Assembly: GCA_035543375.1 (NCBI GenBank)
Contig: DASZZF010000010.1
Location: 48,032-112,031, forward strand
Length of the DNA stretch: 64,000 nucleotides
Direction of reading: 5' to 3'
Origin: Candidatus Limnocylindria bacterium
GTDB taxonomy: Bacteria > Chloroflexota > Limnocylindria > P2-11E
Each line of letters starts with the position of its first letter. Position 1 is the stretch's first letter. Under the pieces are notes generated by a model, which made no database searches, had not been told where the DNA came from, and saw only the letters and a list, made by a program, of their open reading frames with translations. The translations under genes and the position numbers were made by a program. Shown here in pieces: positions 19,475-30,569 of the stretch.

Positions 19475-19591
19475 GCCCAGAATCCTTTCCGTGTCCCGCG
19501 TACGCGAATCCGGCGCCGTTGTGAGCGCGCAGGCCCCCGTGTCGCGGAAGCGGCTCCCGGAGCGGCGTGCCCCGGATGCCGAGAGTTCACA

Positions 19592-20351
19592 GTGTTTAAG
19601 TGCGCCGAGAATAGCACTGTGACCACGACGAAGAGGCCGGCGGCCGCCGGCACCCCGGTGTATCTCGAATCGGGCGTGAAGCGCGTGTTCGCGTGCGCGT
19701 TCGAGTGGCCCGGCTGGTGCCGCTCCGGACGGGACGCCGATGCGGCACTCGCGGCCCTCGCCGCATCCGCGCCCCGCTACGCCGCGGTCGCAGCGGCGGC
19801 GGGCGTTCCGTTCCCGATCCGAGAAGCCCCGGAAGAATGGACCTGGGACGCCACCGAACGCATCAGCGGCTCCGCGACCACTGACTTCGGTGCGCCCGGC
19901 GCGGCGCCGGCGGCGGACCGGGCACCGCTCTCGCGGACCATCGCGGACCAACGCGGACCGGCTCGCCCGCCTCGTGGCGGCGTCGTGGACCGTCCTCGAC
20001 GAGGTGGCCGCCGCGGCCCCGCCATCGCTCCGCAAGGGTCCGCGCGGCGGTGGCCGCGATCGCGGCGCCGTCGTCCGGCACGTCGCGGAGGCGGAGCTCG
20101 CCTATGCGCGAAAGCTCGGGCTGAAGCTCGGTGCCGAAACGACGGCCGCGCGACGCGCCGCGATCCTGGGCGCGCTCCGCGCGTCAACGGCGAATGCAGA
20201 CCATGACACGGGCTGGCCGGTCCCGTACGCCGCGCGGCGCATCGCGTGGCACGTACTCGATCACGCCTGGGAGATCGAGGATCGGACCAAGTCTCCGCGC
20301 CCGACGAGCTCACGGTCGGCGAAGACCCGGAAGCGCGCGCCGAACAGGTAG
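19592..20351 (+). pseudogene. conserved hypothetical protein (C-terminal DinB-like helical half) split by a +10 frameshift
   Basis: ORF 19592..20206 carries the N-terminal half ([24 protein letters not shown]...). ORF 19740..20351 carries the C-terminal half ([17 protein letters not shown]...[12 protein letters not shown]...WHVLDHAWEIEDR). Removing one copy of the 10-bp repeat at 19931-19950 joins them as ...[15 protein letters not shown].... The true start is uncertain (GTG at 19592 or 19619). Confidence 0.6.
19931..19960 (+). repeat. exact 10-bp tandem duplication TCGCGGACCA x2, followed by a degenerate third copy ACGCGGACCG
   Basis: Read directly: tcgcggacca tcgcggacca acgcggaccg. The extra 10 bp accounts for the frame change in the gene above. 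Confidence 0.9.
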
Positions 20352-22345
20352 GCCGCCGCATAGAGCAGCGCAACGACGAGCAGGAGCGCCTGGTATCCCG
20401 TGATAAGCGCGCCATACTCGATCACCCCGCCGACCATCGCCCCCAGCAGATTCGACGCGAACGCCATGTCCGCGACCTTCGTGTCGCGGAATGAGGAGCT
20501 GAAGACAAGGTTCGCGAAGAACACCGGCGCAAACGCGACGATGGTGGCGACGAGATAGCGGAGCCCGGGAGGATCCAGCAACAGCGCCGATGGCGGCAAC
20601 AGATAGGCGACGAGCAGCGCCACCGCAAGACCCGAATACAGCAGCCGCGGACGGGGGGCGCGCCATGCGTTGACGCCGATCGCCGCGAGCACGCTCAGCA
20701 GGATCGCGAAGAACACGAGCGCGTTGACGATCCACGTCGTCCCGAACAGCAGCCCGAACGTGACGAGGCTGCGCGTCTCGAGCAGCAGGAATGCCGCTCC
20801 GAGCAGGAAGAAGTGCGGGCTGAAGGCGCGCAGCGAGATGCCCGCGATGCGGGTCGCGCGGAACGTGCTGAATCCTGCCACCAGCAGTATGAACGCGATC
20901 ATCACGAAGTAATGCGACGCGATGCCCCGCGCGCGCAGATACAGGAGCGGCCAATCATCGGTCGCGGGGGCCGGGGCGTTCGACAGGTCCAGCTCCCCGG
21001 ATCCAACCGCGGCTGGTCCGAGCGCGATCGCTTCAGGCGTGCGGCCCGCGAGCACAGCCCCTGTGCCGTACCCGAACTCGGGGAACGTCCGCACCAGCGG
21101 CGGCGCCCCGTAGGTCTGCTCCAGCATCGAACCGATCTTCGCGAGCAGCCAGGGCTCGCGGTAGTAGTTGTAGAGAACGAACACGCCGTCCGGCGTGAGG
21201 TGGTCTTTGACGCTCTGGAACGCCTCGTCGGTGAAGAGGAAAGACTCGAGCCGCAGGTTCGCGTTCGGACTCATCAGGACCAGCGAATCAGGAAGCGCGA
21301 ACACAATGAGGTCATAGCGGTCCGTGCTCGTCCGCAAGAAGGCCCGCCCGTCGTTGACGAACGCCCGCACGCGCCGATCGTCGTAGGGGTGGTCGGGATG
21401 CCGCGACGCCCCGATCGCGAGGATGCCGGGATCGATCTCGACGGCATCGACGCGCTCGACGCCGCGGGCGAGCGCAACGGCAACGTCGCTCCCGCTCCCC
21501 GCGCCGACGATGAGCGCGCGGGCAAAGCGCCGCGACGGGAACCAGCGGAAGACCTGCTCGTAGAACGACGGATCACCATTGATAGCCGTGTCCGCGGCAT
21601 GCATGGTCTGGTGCGGGATGCCGTTCACGTCGATCGTCTCCTCGCCCGCGGGCGAGGTGTTCAGCGTGATCCGGTAATACGGGGACCACCGCTCCGTCGG
21701 ACCCGCGGCGATGAGGTTCATCCCGACGACTCCGACGAGGAGGGCGCCGTTCACCACCGATCCGCGTGTAAGGCCGCGGCCGAGTGCCAGCAGCAGCAGC
21801 AGCAGGGCGAGAGCGGCGAACCAGACCGCCGGGGGCGTGCTAAGCGCGGACAGTCCGACGAAGAGGACGATGCCTGCGAGCGAGCCCGTGATGTCCAGGG
21901 CATACGCCCGCAGCGGGGACGTGGCCCGCAGCAGCCGGCCGAGCGGCAACGCGAGCGCCGCCATGATCGCCGTCACGAGCACGAAAACGAGCGGAAGCAC
22001 GAGGAAGTTCGCGAGCCCGTTCCGGTTCTCGAACAGGCCGAAGAAGATCTCGTCCTCGGACCGCAGCTGTACGTTCAGCTGAGCGTTCAGGACGAAGGCG
22101 ATGGTCGCGGCAAGCAAGGCGGCGAACGGCGACCATCGCGCGTCGCCGAAGCGGCGGCCGAGGAGGATCCCGAGCCCGATGCCGAGGAAGCTCGCCATAA
22201 GCAGATAGTTCGAGAAGAAGCCGACAAAGACGACGTTCGCCGGCACCCAGCGCAGGAGGGCGAGCTCCGTGAAGAGCAGCGCGGCGCTCGTCAGCACGAG
22301 CCGGACGGCCGGTCGAGCGAAGAGCGCGACCGGCGCTGCCATCAC
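20261..22345 (-). CDS. membrane-anchored spermidine-synthase-like protein (polyamine aminopropyltransferase fold between polytopic TM regions)
   Basis: About 7 N-terminal and about 6 C-terminal TM helices flank a SAM/decarboxy-SAM-type methyltransferase-fold core (LIVGAGSGSDVAVAL...VDAVEIDP...DLIVFALPD). Confidence 0.75.
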   Translation of the reverse strand: MMAAPVALFARPAVRLVLTSAALLFTELALLRWVPANVVFVGFFSNYLLMASFLGIGLGILLGRRFGDARWSPFAALLAATIAFVLNAQLNVQLRSEDEIFFGLFENRNGLANFLVLPLVFVLVTAIMAALALPLGRLLRATSPLRAYALDITGSLAGIVLFVGLSALSTPPAVWFAALALLLLLLALGRGLTRGSVVNGALLVGVVGMNLIAAGPTERWSPYYRITLNTSPAGEETIDVNGIPHQTMHAADTAINGDPSFYEQVFRWFPSRRFARALIVGAGSGSDVAVALARGVERVDAVEIDPGILAIGASRHPDHPYDDRRVRAFVNDGRAFLRTSTDRYDLIVFALPDSLVLMSPNANLRLESFLFTDEAFQSVKDHLTPDGVFVLYNYYREPWLLAKIGSMLEQTYGAPPLVRTFPEFGYGTGAVLAGRTPEAIALGPAAVGSGELDLSNAPAPATDDWPLLYLRARGIASHYFVMIAFILLVAGFSTFRATRIAGISLRAFSPHFFLLGAAFLLLETRSLVTFGLLFGTTWIVNALVFFAILLSVLAAIGVNAWRAPRPRLLYSGLAVALLVAYLLPPSALLLDPPGLRYLVATIVAFAPVFFANLVFSSSFRDTKVADMAFASNLLGAMVGGVIEYGALITGYQALLLVVALLYAAAYLFGARFRVFADRELVGRGDLVRSSISQA

Positions 22346-22828
22346 GGTCCGCCCTCGCTCTCGGGCCGGGCCATCACATCCTCGATCACGTCATAGGAGA
22401 AGCCCCTGGCGGCGAGGTACCGGTGGATCTTGCGCTTCCGATGCGGCTCGTCGAGCGTGAGCCAGCGCGCGAGCGATCGCGCGATCACGCGTCGCGCCCG
22501 CTTCACTTCCGCCTCCGGCTCCGCTTCGCCGAGGATGACGTCGATCGTCTCGCGGGCGACCCCCTTCGTCATCAGCTCGCTCACGAGCGCGCGGTCGCCC
22601 TTCGGACGAAACCGCGCGCGTTGATCCACCCAGTAGCGGGCGAACGCTTCGTCATCGATGTAGCCCCGGGCGCGGAGCGCGTCGATCGCCTTCTCCTGTG
22701 CATGGTCGTCAAAGCGCTTCGTGCGGAGATGGCGCCTGATCTCGGCGACGCTGCGCGGACGCGGACCCAGGTAGCGGACCGCGGCGTCATACGCCTCTCC
22801 CACGGGCGGCGCGTCGCGTGCGGGCCGG

Positions 22829-22842
<14 letters not shown>
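22342..22842 (-). CDS. recX: RecA regulator RecX
   Basis: It has the three-repeat helical RecX pattern ([19 protein letters not shown]..., [13 protein letters not shown], ...[12 protein letters not shown]). The start was trimmed to the ATG at 22842, which overlaps the recA 3' end by 14 nt. Confidence 0.8.
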
Positions 22843-23845
<1,003 letters not shown>

Positions 23846-23898
23846 TCTCTTCGACCCCTCGGATGACAACGGCACGGGCTTGCCCGGCGCCGCCACCG

Positions 23899-24048
23899 CT
23901 AGAACTTCTCCTTGCGCTTGGGCTTGATGACCTCGAACGTCATCGGCGCCACCGGAGCCCCCGGGCCCCGCTTCAGCTGTCTCTCGAGCTGCTCTTTGGA
24001 CTTCTTCTTGGCCTTCTTCTGACCAGAGTCCCCACCGCCTTGCGGCAC
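23899..24048 (-). CDS. candidate 49-aa lysine-rich small protein upstream of recA
   Basis: The GTG at 24048 is preceded by a perfect AGGAGG with a 6-nt spacer. The product is [48 protein letters not shown]. The stop lies 53 nt before the recA start. I do not recognise the family. Confidence 0.4.
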   Translation of the reverse strand: MPQGGGDSGQKKAKKKSKEQLERQLKRGPGAPVAPMTFEVIKPKRKEKF

Positions 24049-24119
24049 GTTGACCCTCCTCGCGCGACCGGCGACGCGGCCGGAAATCGGGTCGAGCATA
24101 GCAGCGCACATGCGTCCGT

Positions 24120-24707
24120 ATGCTTGCCAGAATGTCCGATCAGCGGCACCGCGCGCGCGTGACAACGAAGGCCGGCGACGGCGGCGACACGTCGCTCTTC
24201 GGTCCGGGCCGGATCCGCAAGACCGACCCGCGCGTCGAAGCGCTCGGTGACCTCGACGAGACGCAGGCGGCGATCGGCGTGGCCCGGGCCATCGCGACCG
24301 GGACGGTCGAGGAGACGCTGCTTGAGCTCCAGCGCGGTCTGTACGTCGTGATGTCGGAGGTCGGCACGCCCACATCGCAACGATCGCGGCTGCAGCAGCG
24401 CGTAGATGCGACAGCGGTCGCGGCGCTCGACGAGCGCGGGGCGGCGCTCCGCGCGACGGTGGACATCGCCGGCGCCTTCGTGATCCCCGGCGAAGACGAG
24501 CTCTCGGCGCGGCTCGACCTGGCCCGGGCCGTCGCCCGGCGGGCCGAGCGGCGTGTTGTCGCGCTGGCGGATGCGGGCTTGGTGGAGGGAGAGCACCTGC
24601 TCGCATGGCTCAACCGGCTGTCGGACACACTGTTCGTGCTGTCGCGCGCCGTGGAACCGAGTGCGCGGTCTGCCCGGCTGACCCCAGCGCGTCAGCCGGA
24701 GCGCTAG
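24120..24707 (+). CDS. cob(I)yrinic acid a,c-diamide adenosyltransferase, PduO type
   Basis: [13 protein letters not shown]...[12 protein letters not shown] and the later [10 protein letters not shown] motifs match PduO/MMAB-type ATP:corrinoid adenosyltransferase. The alternative start ATG at 24132 is equally plausible. Confidence 0.85.
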   Translation: MLARMSDQRHRARVTTKAGDGGDTSLFGPGRIRKTDPRVEALGDLDETQAAIGVARAIATGTVEETLLELQRGLYVVMSEVGTPTSQRSRLQQRVDATAVAALDERGAALRATVDIAGAFVIPGEDELSARLDLARAVARRAERRVVALADAGLVEGEHLLAWLNRLSDTLFVLSRAVEPSARSARLTPARQPER

Positions 24708-24708
24708 C

Positions 24709-25041
24709 TCAGCGCAGCCATGGCGGCGCTTCCCACTTGTCCGGGAGCACCGTGACCTTCACTGGCATCTCCGCCGCCTGCTCTGACACCGTCTGGATCT
24801 GGTTGATGAGCATCGGGCCGTAGGGGCAGAACGGCGTCGTCAGCACCATCTTCACTTCCGCCTCTTCGCCGCTGAAGGTCACCTCGCGGATCAGGTCGAG
24901 GTCGATCACCGAGAGGCCGATCTCAGGGTCGAGCACCGCCTGAAGCGCGTTCAGGACCTTCTCCTGCTTCGCGACGTCCGAGACGATCGGGTCGAGATCG
25001 ATGTTCGCGCTCGTGGCCTGCGACTTCTCTTCTGTCACCAC
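24709..25041 (-). CDS. DUF59 / SufT-like Fe-S cluster assembly protein
   Basis: LDPEIGLSVIDLDLIREV and TTPFCPYGPML motifs match the MIP18/DUF59 family. 110 aa. Confidence 0.8.
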   Translation of the reverse strand: MVTEEKSQATSANIDLDPIVSDVAKQEKVLNALQAVLDPEIGLSVIDLDLIREVTFSGEEAEVKMVLTTPFCPYGPMLINQIQTVSEQAAEMPVKVTVLPDKWEAPPWLR

Positions 25042-25042
25042 C

Positions 25043-26083
25043 TCATTGTCGCACGCCGTCTTCCCAGAGCGTCACCCGCTGCGGCGCGACCTGGCCAAGA
25101 TGGCGGTAGGCCCGCTCGGTCGCGATCCGGCCCCGGGGCGTCCGCTGCAGATACCCCTCCTGGAGCAGGTACGGCTCGTAGACGTCCTCGATCGTCTCGG
25201 TATCCTCGCTGATCGCGGCGGCGAGGGTCTCGAGACCCACGGGGCCGCCGGAGAACTTCTCGACGATCGCCAAGAGGAGCATCCGGTCCACCGCGTCGAG
25301 CCCGGCCTCGTCCACTTCAAGCGCAAGCAGGGCCTCCTGCGCGACCGCCAGCGTCACGACGCCGTCGTGGCGCACCTGCGCGAAGTCACGCACCCGCTTC
25401 AGCCACCGGTTGGCGATCCGCGGGGTCCCGCGCGAGCGGCGCGCGATCTCGGTCGCGGCCGCCGGCTCGATCGATACACCGAGGATACGGGCGGAGCGAT
25501 GCACCACCCGCTCGAGCGACTCCGGCGTGAAGAGGTCGAGGCGGTACGTCGCGCCGAAGCGGTCGCGGAGCGGCGACGATAGGCGTCCGATCCGCGTCGT
25601 CGCGCCGACGAGCGTGAAGGGCGGTACCGGCAGGCGCAAGGTCCGCGCCCCCGGCCCTTTGCCGAGCACGATGTCGAGATGGAAGTCCTCCATCGCCGGA
25701 TAGAGCACCTCCTCGACGATCCGCGGTAACCGGTGGATCTCGTCGACGAACAACATGCTGCCGGGCTCGAGATTGGTGAGGATCGCCGCGAGATCGCCGG
25801 CGCGCTCCATCGCCGGACCGCTCGTAATCCGGATCTGCACCCCGAGCTCGTGCGCGATCACGTTCGCGAGCGAGGTCTTCCCGACGCCGGGCGGACCGTA
25901 GAGCGCGACGTGTTCGAGCGCCTCGCGCCGTTGCATCGCCGCCTGGATGAGGATCCGGAGGTTGGCCTTGACCTTGTCCTGATTGATATACTCGTCGTCG
26001 GCGAGGCCGCGGGGCCGAAGCGTCGTCTCGAGCGCATGCTCTTCATCCCGCGCCACCGGCGCGACCGGACGCTCCGCGCTCAT
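25043..26083 (-). CDS. ruvB: Holliday junction branch migration helicase RuvB
   Basis: Walker [12 protein letters not shown], Walker [10 protein letters not shown], the sensor region, and a C-terminal winged helix ([17 protein letters not shown]). Confidence 0.95.
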   Translation of the reverse strand: MSAERPVAPVARDEEHALETTLRPRGLADDEYINQDKVKANLRILIQAAMQRREALEHVALYGPPGVGKTSLANVIAHELGVQIRITSGPAMERAGDLAAILTNLEPGSMLFVDEIHRLPRIVEEVLYPAMEDFHLDIVLGKGPGARTLRLPVPPFTLVGATTRIGRLSSPLRDRFGATYRLDLFTPESLERVVHRSARILGVSIEPAAATEIARRSRGTPRIANRWLKRVRDFAQVRHDGVVTLAVAQEALLALEVDEAGLDAVDRMLLLAIVEKFSGGPVGLETLAAAISEDTETIEDVYEPYLLQEGYLQRTPRGRIATERAYRHLGQVAPQRVTLWEDGVRQ

Positions 26084-27801
26084 GAGAAGCGGGCCGCCTC
26101 GCGCGCGCGATGCACGATCCCGACGATGCGCTCGGCGGCGACATCCTTTGGGACGAGCTCGAGCTCAGTCGCCGCGCGCGCTTTGAGCTCGACGCTCGCC
26201 GATCCGAGCGAGCGGCGGCTCACCGCGACGCGGAACGGGATGCCGATGAGATCGGCATCGGCGAATTTCACGCCGGCCGAATCGTTGCGGTCGTCGTAGA
26301 GAACCTCGATGCCCCGCGACTCGAGATCCGCAACGAGACCCTCGGCGGCGGCCCGAACGGCGTCGTCGTTCATCGGCAGCGCGATGACGTGAACCTCGAA
26401 CGGCGCGACGGAGATCGGCCAGACGATTCCCTTGTCATCGTGGTTCTCGATGATGATCGTCTGCAGGTTCCGCCCGATCCCGATGCCGTACGAGCACATG
26501 TACATCGGCTTTCGGGTGCCGTCCTCGGCGAGGTAGGTCGCGTGCATCTTGTCCGAGTAGTAGGTGCCGAACTTGAAGATGTTCCCCACCTCGACGCCAC
26601 GATGCGCGGCCAGGCGCCCACCGCAGCTCGGGCACGCGTCGCCGTCATGGACGTCATGGACATCGAGCCGCTCGAAGGACGGGAGGTCGCGTCCCGGCAG
26701 GAGGTTCTTGACGTGACGGTCCTTCACGTTCGCGCCGGCGACGTAGCCGCGCGGCTCGACCGACGCGTCGACGATGAGCCCTCCGGAAGGGACGATCGGC
26801 CCGACGAACCCGGGGACCGTTCTGGACGCGGCGAAATCGGCATCGCTCGCGAAGGCGAACGCGCGGCCGCCGAGGCGCTTGCGAAGCTTCGCGTGGTTGA
26901 GCTCGCGGTCGCCGGGGAGGACTACGGCGATGACCTTGCCGTCGCTCGTACGGAGGAGGAGCGTCTTCAGGAACGCCGACGCCGGTAGACCGAGCGAGCG
27001 CTGGAGCTGCTCGATTGTCGTGAGGCCCGGCGTCTCGATCTGCTCGCGCGCCGGCACGCCGACCGCCGGTGCAGGCTCGGGGAGCCGCCGGGTCGCCCGC
27101 TCGAGGTTCGCCTTGTAGTCGCAGGTCGTGCAGAACACGAGCGTGTCCTCGCCCTCGTCGGTGAGGACCTGGAATTCATGCGCGACGTCGCCGCCCATGG
27201 CGCCGGTGTCGGACTCGACCGCGTGGGCCCGGATCCCGAGCCGCCGATAGATGCGGACGTACGCCTCGAAGTGCGCTCGGTACGCCTTCTCCATGCCCGC
27301 TGCGTCCAGGTCGTACGAGTACGAATCCTTCATCACGAATTCGCGGACCCGCAGGAGTCCGCCGCGCGAGCGCTCCTCGTCGCGACCCTTCGCCTGGAAG
27401 TGGTAAGCGATGAGCGGGAGCTGGCGATAGGACACCACCTCGTTGCGCGCGTGGTGGGTGAATAGCTCCTCGTGGGTGTACGGGATCATGTAGTCACGGC
27501 CGCTGTGATCCTTCGTGCGGAACGCGTTCGGCTCGAGGGCGTCCCACCGGCCGGTCTCCTGCATGTACTCGGCGGGGATGATGATCGGGATCTTCATCTC
27601 CTGGCCGCCGATCCGGTCGATCTCGTCGCGGACGATCTGTTCGATTTTCCGGGCGACTCGGTACCCGAGCGGCAGTAGCGTGTAGAGGCCCGTCGCGAGC
27701 GGCCGGGCGAGGGCAGCGCGCAGCACGAGCTGGTGACTGACGGTCTGCGCCTCGGCAGGCGCCTCCCGGAGCGTGCGGCCGAAGAGGGTGGATTGGCGCA
27801 T
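26080..27801 (-). CDS. proS: prolyl-tRNA synthetase (bacterial type with INS editing domain)
   Basis: The ATG at 27801 gives [15 protein letters not shown]. Class II motifs are present ([35 protein letters not shown]), with an insertion domain between motifs 2 and 3. Confidence 0.9.
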   Translation of the reverse strand: MRQSTLFGRTLREAPAEAQTVSHQLVLRAALARPLATGLYTLLPLGYRVARKIEQIVRDEIDRIGGQEMKIPIIIPAEYMQETGRWDALEPNAFRTKDHSGRDYMIPYTHEELFTHHARNEVVSYRQLPLIAYHFQAKGRDEERSRGGLLRVREFVMKDSYSYDLDAAGMEKAYRAHFEAYVRIYRRLGIRAHAVESDTGAMGGDVAHEFQVLTDEGEDTLVFCTTCDYKANLERATRRLPEPAPAVGVPAREQIETPGLTTIEQLQRSLGLPASAFLKTLLLRTSDGKVIAVVLPGDRELNHAKLRKRLGGRAFAFASDADFAASRTVPGFVGPIVPSGGLIVDASVEPRGYVAGANVKDRHVKNLLPGRDLPSFERLDVHDVHDGDACPSCGGRLAAHRGVEVGNIFKFGTYYSDKMHATYLAEDGTRKPMYMCSYGIGIGRNLQTIIIENHDDKGIVWPISVAPFEVHVIALPMNDDAVRAAAEGLVADLESRGIEVLYDDRNDSAGVKFADADLIGIPFRVAVSRRSLGSASVELKARAATELELVPKDVAAERIVGIVHRAREAARFS

Positions 27802-28078
27802 CGCCTCGCATTGTCGGTGAAAAGCGGACTGGCAGGCTTTGCGCAAGGCGGGACCGTCGTTATGAGCCAGATGCCTGACCAGCTGACGGCTCAGCTCGTC
27901 GCGGAGCTCGCTGTGATCACCGCTCTCGGGATCGCGATCCTGTGGCAGCCCCGCGCACCGCTGCCGCTGGGAGCACTGCCCGCACCACGGGAAGCGCGAG
28001 AGGGACGAGCTCCGTCTCGAGCACGAGCTCCGCCACGGCGACGCGTTGGTAGGCGGCCGGAAGTCCGACCGCTAGCGG

Positions 28079-28480
28079 CTAGCTCTCGCTCGCGCCCTCG
28101 CGGCGGCTCAGGGTGACGAGGTTCGAGCCAGCGCTATCCATCTTCGAGCTGCCGTCGAAGACCACGCCCTTATCGACCACCAGCGACGGCGTCGTGATGT
28201 CGCCCTTCACACGGGCGGGCTTGTGCAGCTCCACGGACTCGCTCGCCTTGATGTTGCCGGTGACCTCGCCGTTCACGACGACGGAGCCGCAGGTGATGTC
28301 GGCGGCGACCTTGGCCCCCTCGCCGATGACGAGCATGTCGTTCGTCGTGATCTCGCCGGTGAAGGTGCCGTCGATGCGGACGGTCCCTTCGAAGTTGAGT
28401 TTGCCGTCGAATTCCGAGCCGCGACCCAGGAGCGCGTTCAGCGCGCCTTCGCCAACGGCCTGATGACTACGATCCTGCAT
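28079..28480 (-). CDS. bactofilin-family cytoskeletal protein
   Basis: It has the beta-helical DUF583 repeat pattern (FDGKLNFEGTVRIDGTFTGEI...GSVVVNGEVTGNI...VKGDITTPSLVVDKGVVFDG). Confidence 0.85.
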   Translation of the reverse strand: MQDRSHQAVGEGALNALLGRGSEFDGKLNFEGTVRIDGTFTGEITTNDMLVIGEGAKVAADITCGSVVVNGEVTGNIKASESVELHKPARVKGDITTPSLVVDKGVVFDGSSKMDSAGSNLVTLSRREGASES

Positions 28481-28558
28481 GGCTGTGTGCTCCCCTCTTC
28501 AGCGGTGCCTCGTCCTGAAATGAACGCGGCGCGCCCGCGAATGGTACGCGCGACCTGC

Positions 28559-29317
28559 TCACAGCGACTGGAGCGCGATCGCGAACGCGTCCCAGAGGCG
28601 CGCCTGTGCCTCTGCTGAGAATGTTGATCGCGGATCGACGCGACGGCTCACGAGCTCGGTCTGCTCGCCGTACATCGTCTGCAGCTGGACGAGCATGTCC
28701 AGCGCGTCCTGCCGCTGCTCCGCGTCACGCCACCGCATGACGGCCGCGCGCACGCGCTGGGAGCGCTGATGGAATCTGTCGACCCGGATCCACTCCGGTC
28801 CGTCGGGCCACTGCTGCTCCTCGAAATGGATGCCCTGGATGAACACGGTCTCGATCAGATCGGCCCCGCGGAAGTCGTTGTCCTTGAAATCATTCGTGGA
28901 GCGCCGCGGATCGAGATGCTGCGCGGCCAGCCCCCAGGGCCTGCCGTAGAAGCGGCATTTCGTGATCGGTCCGGCGAAGTGGCAGTCGATGAACTCGGCG
29001 CAGGTCGCCTGCCACTTGTCGAGATGCGAATCGACGAACGTGCAGGCCTCGAACCGGGTCTGACCCGGATCGGCCTTCGAGAGGTCCGCCTCGTCGAAAC
29101 GGCACTCGCGGAACACGCTCTGGACGGGGCTGCTGAAGAGCGGCTGCCACTTGCGATCGAAGACGATGCCCCGGAAGTCGCAGTGCACGAACACGCACGC
29201 ATCCGGCGTGAAACGGGAGAACGTCACTTTGCGGAAGTCGACGTCGGCGATCGTCGCACGCCGGATGTGGATGACGCCGCTCGGCGGCTCGACGACGCTG
29301 CTCATCCGCTCAGGCAT
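28559..29317 (-). CDS. pentapeptide-repeat-like protein
   Basis: There is a five-residue periodicity with F/L at every fifth position (ADVDFRKVTFSRFTPDACVFVHCDFRGIVF, CRFDEADLSKAD...). The C-terminal helical part is unrecognised. Confidence 0.55.
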   Translation of the reverse strand: MPERMSSVVEPPSGVIHIRRATIADVDFRKVTFSRFTPDACVFVHCDFRGIVFDRKWQPLFSSPVQSVFRECRFDEADLSKADPGQTRFEACTFVDSHLDKWQATCAEFIDCHFAGPITKCRFYGRPWGLAAQHLDPRRSTNDFKDNDFRGADLIETVFIQGIHFEEQQWPDGPEWIRVDRFHQRSQRVRAAVMRWRDAEQRQDALDMLVQLQTMYGEQTELVSRRVDPRSTFSAEAQARLWDAFAIALQSL

Positions 29318-29323
29318 TGTGGG

Positions 29324-30526
29324 CTAGGTGCGCGTGCCGGCGGGGACCGATCGGCCGGGTGTCAGCTGACCGCCGTGCGAGAGCTTCGGCGCTTTCTGTG
29401 AGTACGGCTCCTTGCCGTTCTCGACGAGGATTTTATCGATCTCGGCAAGCAGCGCATCCATGAGCTCGGCCTCCGGATAGACGCCAACGACCTTCCCCTT
29501 GCGGAAGATCGCGCCCTTCCCCACTCCGCCTGCGATCCCGACGTCGGCGTCCTTTGCCTCGCCGGGGCCATTCACTTCGCATCCCATGACCGCGATCTTC
29601 ATCGGCACCGGCAGTGCCCGCAACCGCTCCTCGGCCACCTTCGCGAGCGGAATGAGATCAATGTCCGCGCGGCCGCACGACGGACACGCGACGAGGGTCA
29701 GGCCCTTGTCGCGCAGTTCGAGCGACTTCAGCAGGTCGAACGCCGCGGTGACCTCGCGCACCGGGTCCTCGGACAGCGAGACGCGGATCGTGTCGCCGAT
29801 GCCCTCGTAGAGGAGAACGCTCATCCCGGCCGTCGACCGGATCGATCCGGACACGAGCGTGCCGGACTCGGTGACGCCCAGGTGCAGGGGGTACGGCACG
29901 AGCTTCGCCAGGCGGCGGTACGCCGCGATCATCTTCGGGACCTCGAACGCCTTCACGCTGATGACGACGTCGGTGAAGTCGAGCTCCTCTAGGATCCGGA
30001 CTTCGCTCATCGCGAGGTCCACCATCCGCTGCGCGTCGTCGCGGAGCTCGCCGGGCAGCTTGTCCGGGATCGAGCCGAAGTTCACGCCGATGCGGATCGG
30101 CGTCCCCTGCTCTTTCGCCCGCTTTACGACCTCGCGGACGCCATCCTTGTTGTGGATGTTGCCCGGGTTCAGGCGGAGCTTGTGGACCTTGGCGTCAAGG
30201 GCCATGAGCGCCAGCTTGTAGTCAAAGTGGATGTCGGCGACGACCGGCAGGATGCTCCGCCGGACGAGCTCCTTCAGGGCCTCGCCGGCGCGCTTGTCCG
30301 GCACGGCCACGCGGACGATCTCGCAACCCACCTCTTGCAGCTGCTCGATCTGGCGGATGGTCGCCGCGATGTCGTGGGTGAGGGTCGTGCACATGCTCTG
30401 CACGGCGATCGGCGCCCCATCGCCGATCGGGACGCCGCCGACCCAGACCCGCTTGCTCGCTCGCCGGGGGCGGGGCCCGACCCGGTCGGCCGGGAGGTTC
30501 AGATCGACGGTCATCGGAGCCTGCAT
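29324..30526 (-). CDS. ispG: 4-hydroxy-3-methylbut-2-en-1-yl diphosphate synthase
   Basis: IAVQSMCTT, IVRVAVP, LRLNPGNI, the C-terminal Fe-S cysteines (CPSCGR ... GCEVNGPGE), and the MEP-pathway neighbourhood (dxr). Confidence 0.9.
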   Translation of the reverse strand: MQAPMTVDLNLPADRVGPRPRRASKRVWVGGVPIGDGAPIAVQSMCTTLTHDIAATIRQIEQLQEVGCEIVRVAVPDKRAGEALKELVRRSILPVVADIHFDYKLALMALDAKVHKLRLNPGNIHNKDGVREVVKRAKEQGTPIRIGVNFGSIPDKLPGELRDDAQRMVDLAMSEVRILEELDFTDVVISVKAFEVPKMIAAYRRLAKLVPYPLHLGVTESGTLVSGSIRSTAGMSVLLYEGIGDTIRVSLSEDPVREVTAAFDLLKSLELRDKGLTLVACPSCGRADIDLIPLAKVAEERLRALPVPMKIAVMGCEVNGPGEAKDADVGIAGGVGKGAIFRKGKVVGVYPEAELMDALLAEIDKILVENGKEPYSQKAPKLSHGGQLTPGRSVPAGTRT

Positions 30527-30569
30527 CTCTACCTAAGGGTACGCGAGCCCTGCCCCTGCCGGACCAGCC

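Noticed and set aside
17939-20035. Long N-terminal extensions in tracked ORFs, for example rny 698 aa, trpB 711 aa, trpE 710 aa, recA 426 aa, cdsA/uppS 468 aa and tyrA 479 aa.
   Set aside because: The upstream parts run across neighbouring genes or leaders and are low-complexity. Internal starts with SD sequences or stop/start overlaps give proteins of canonical length, so those were used.
23846-24119. A search for a LexA (GAAC-N4-GTTC) box upstream of recA. The ruvB and dinG upstream regions were searched too.
   Set aside because: No match was seen by eye. The only convincing box in the window is at 45008-45021. My scan was manual and could have missed degenerate sites.
27802-28078. A 277-bp gap upstream of proS, checked for a Pro T-box. 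ORF 27733..28116 (127 aa) was also considered.
   Set aside because: On the proS strand there is no GGGUGGNACCGCG-like T-box, F-box, specifier-loop pattern or terminator. The tracked ORF is Arg/Pro/Ala low-complexity and overlaps the bactofilin 3' end. The spacer remains unexplained.
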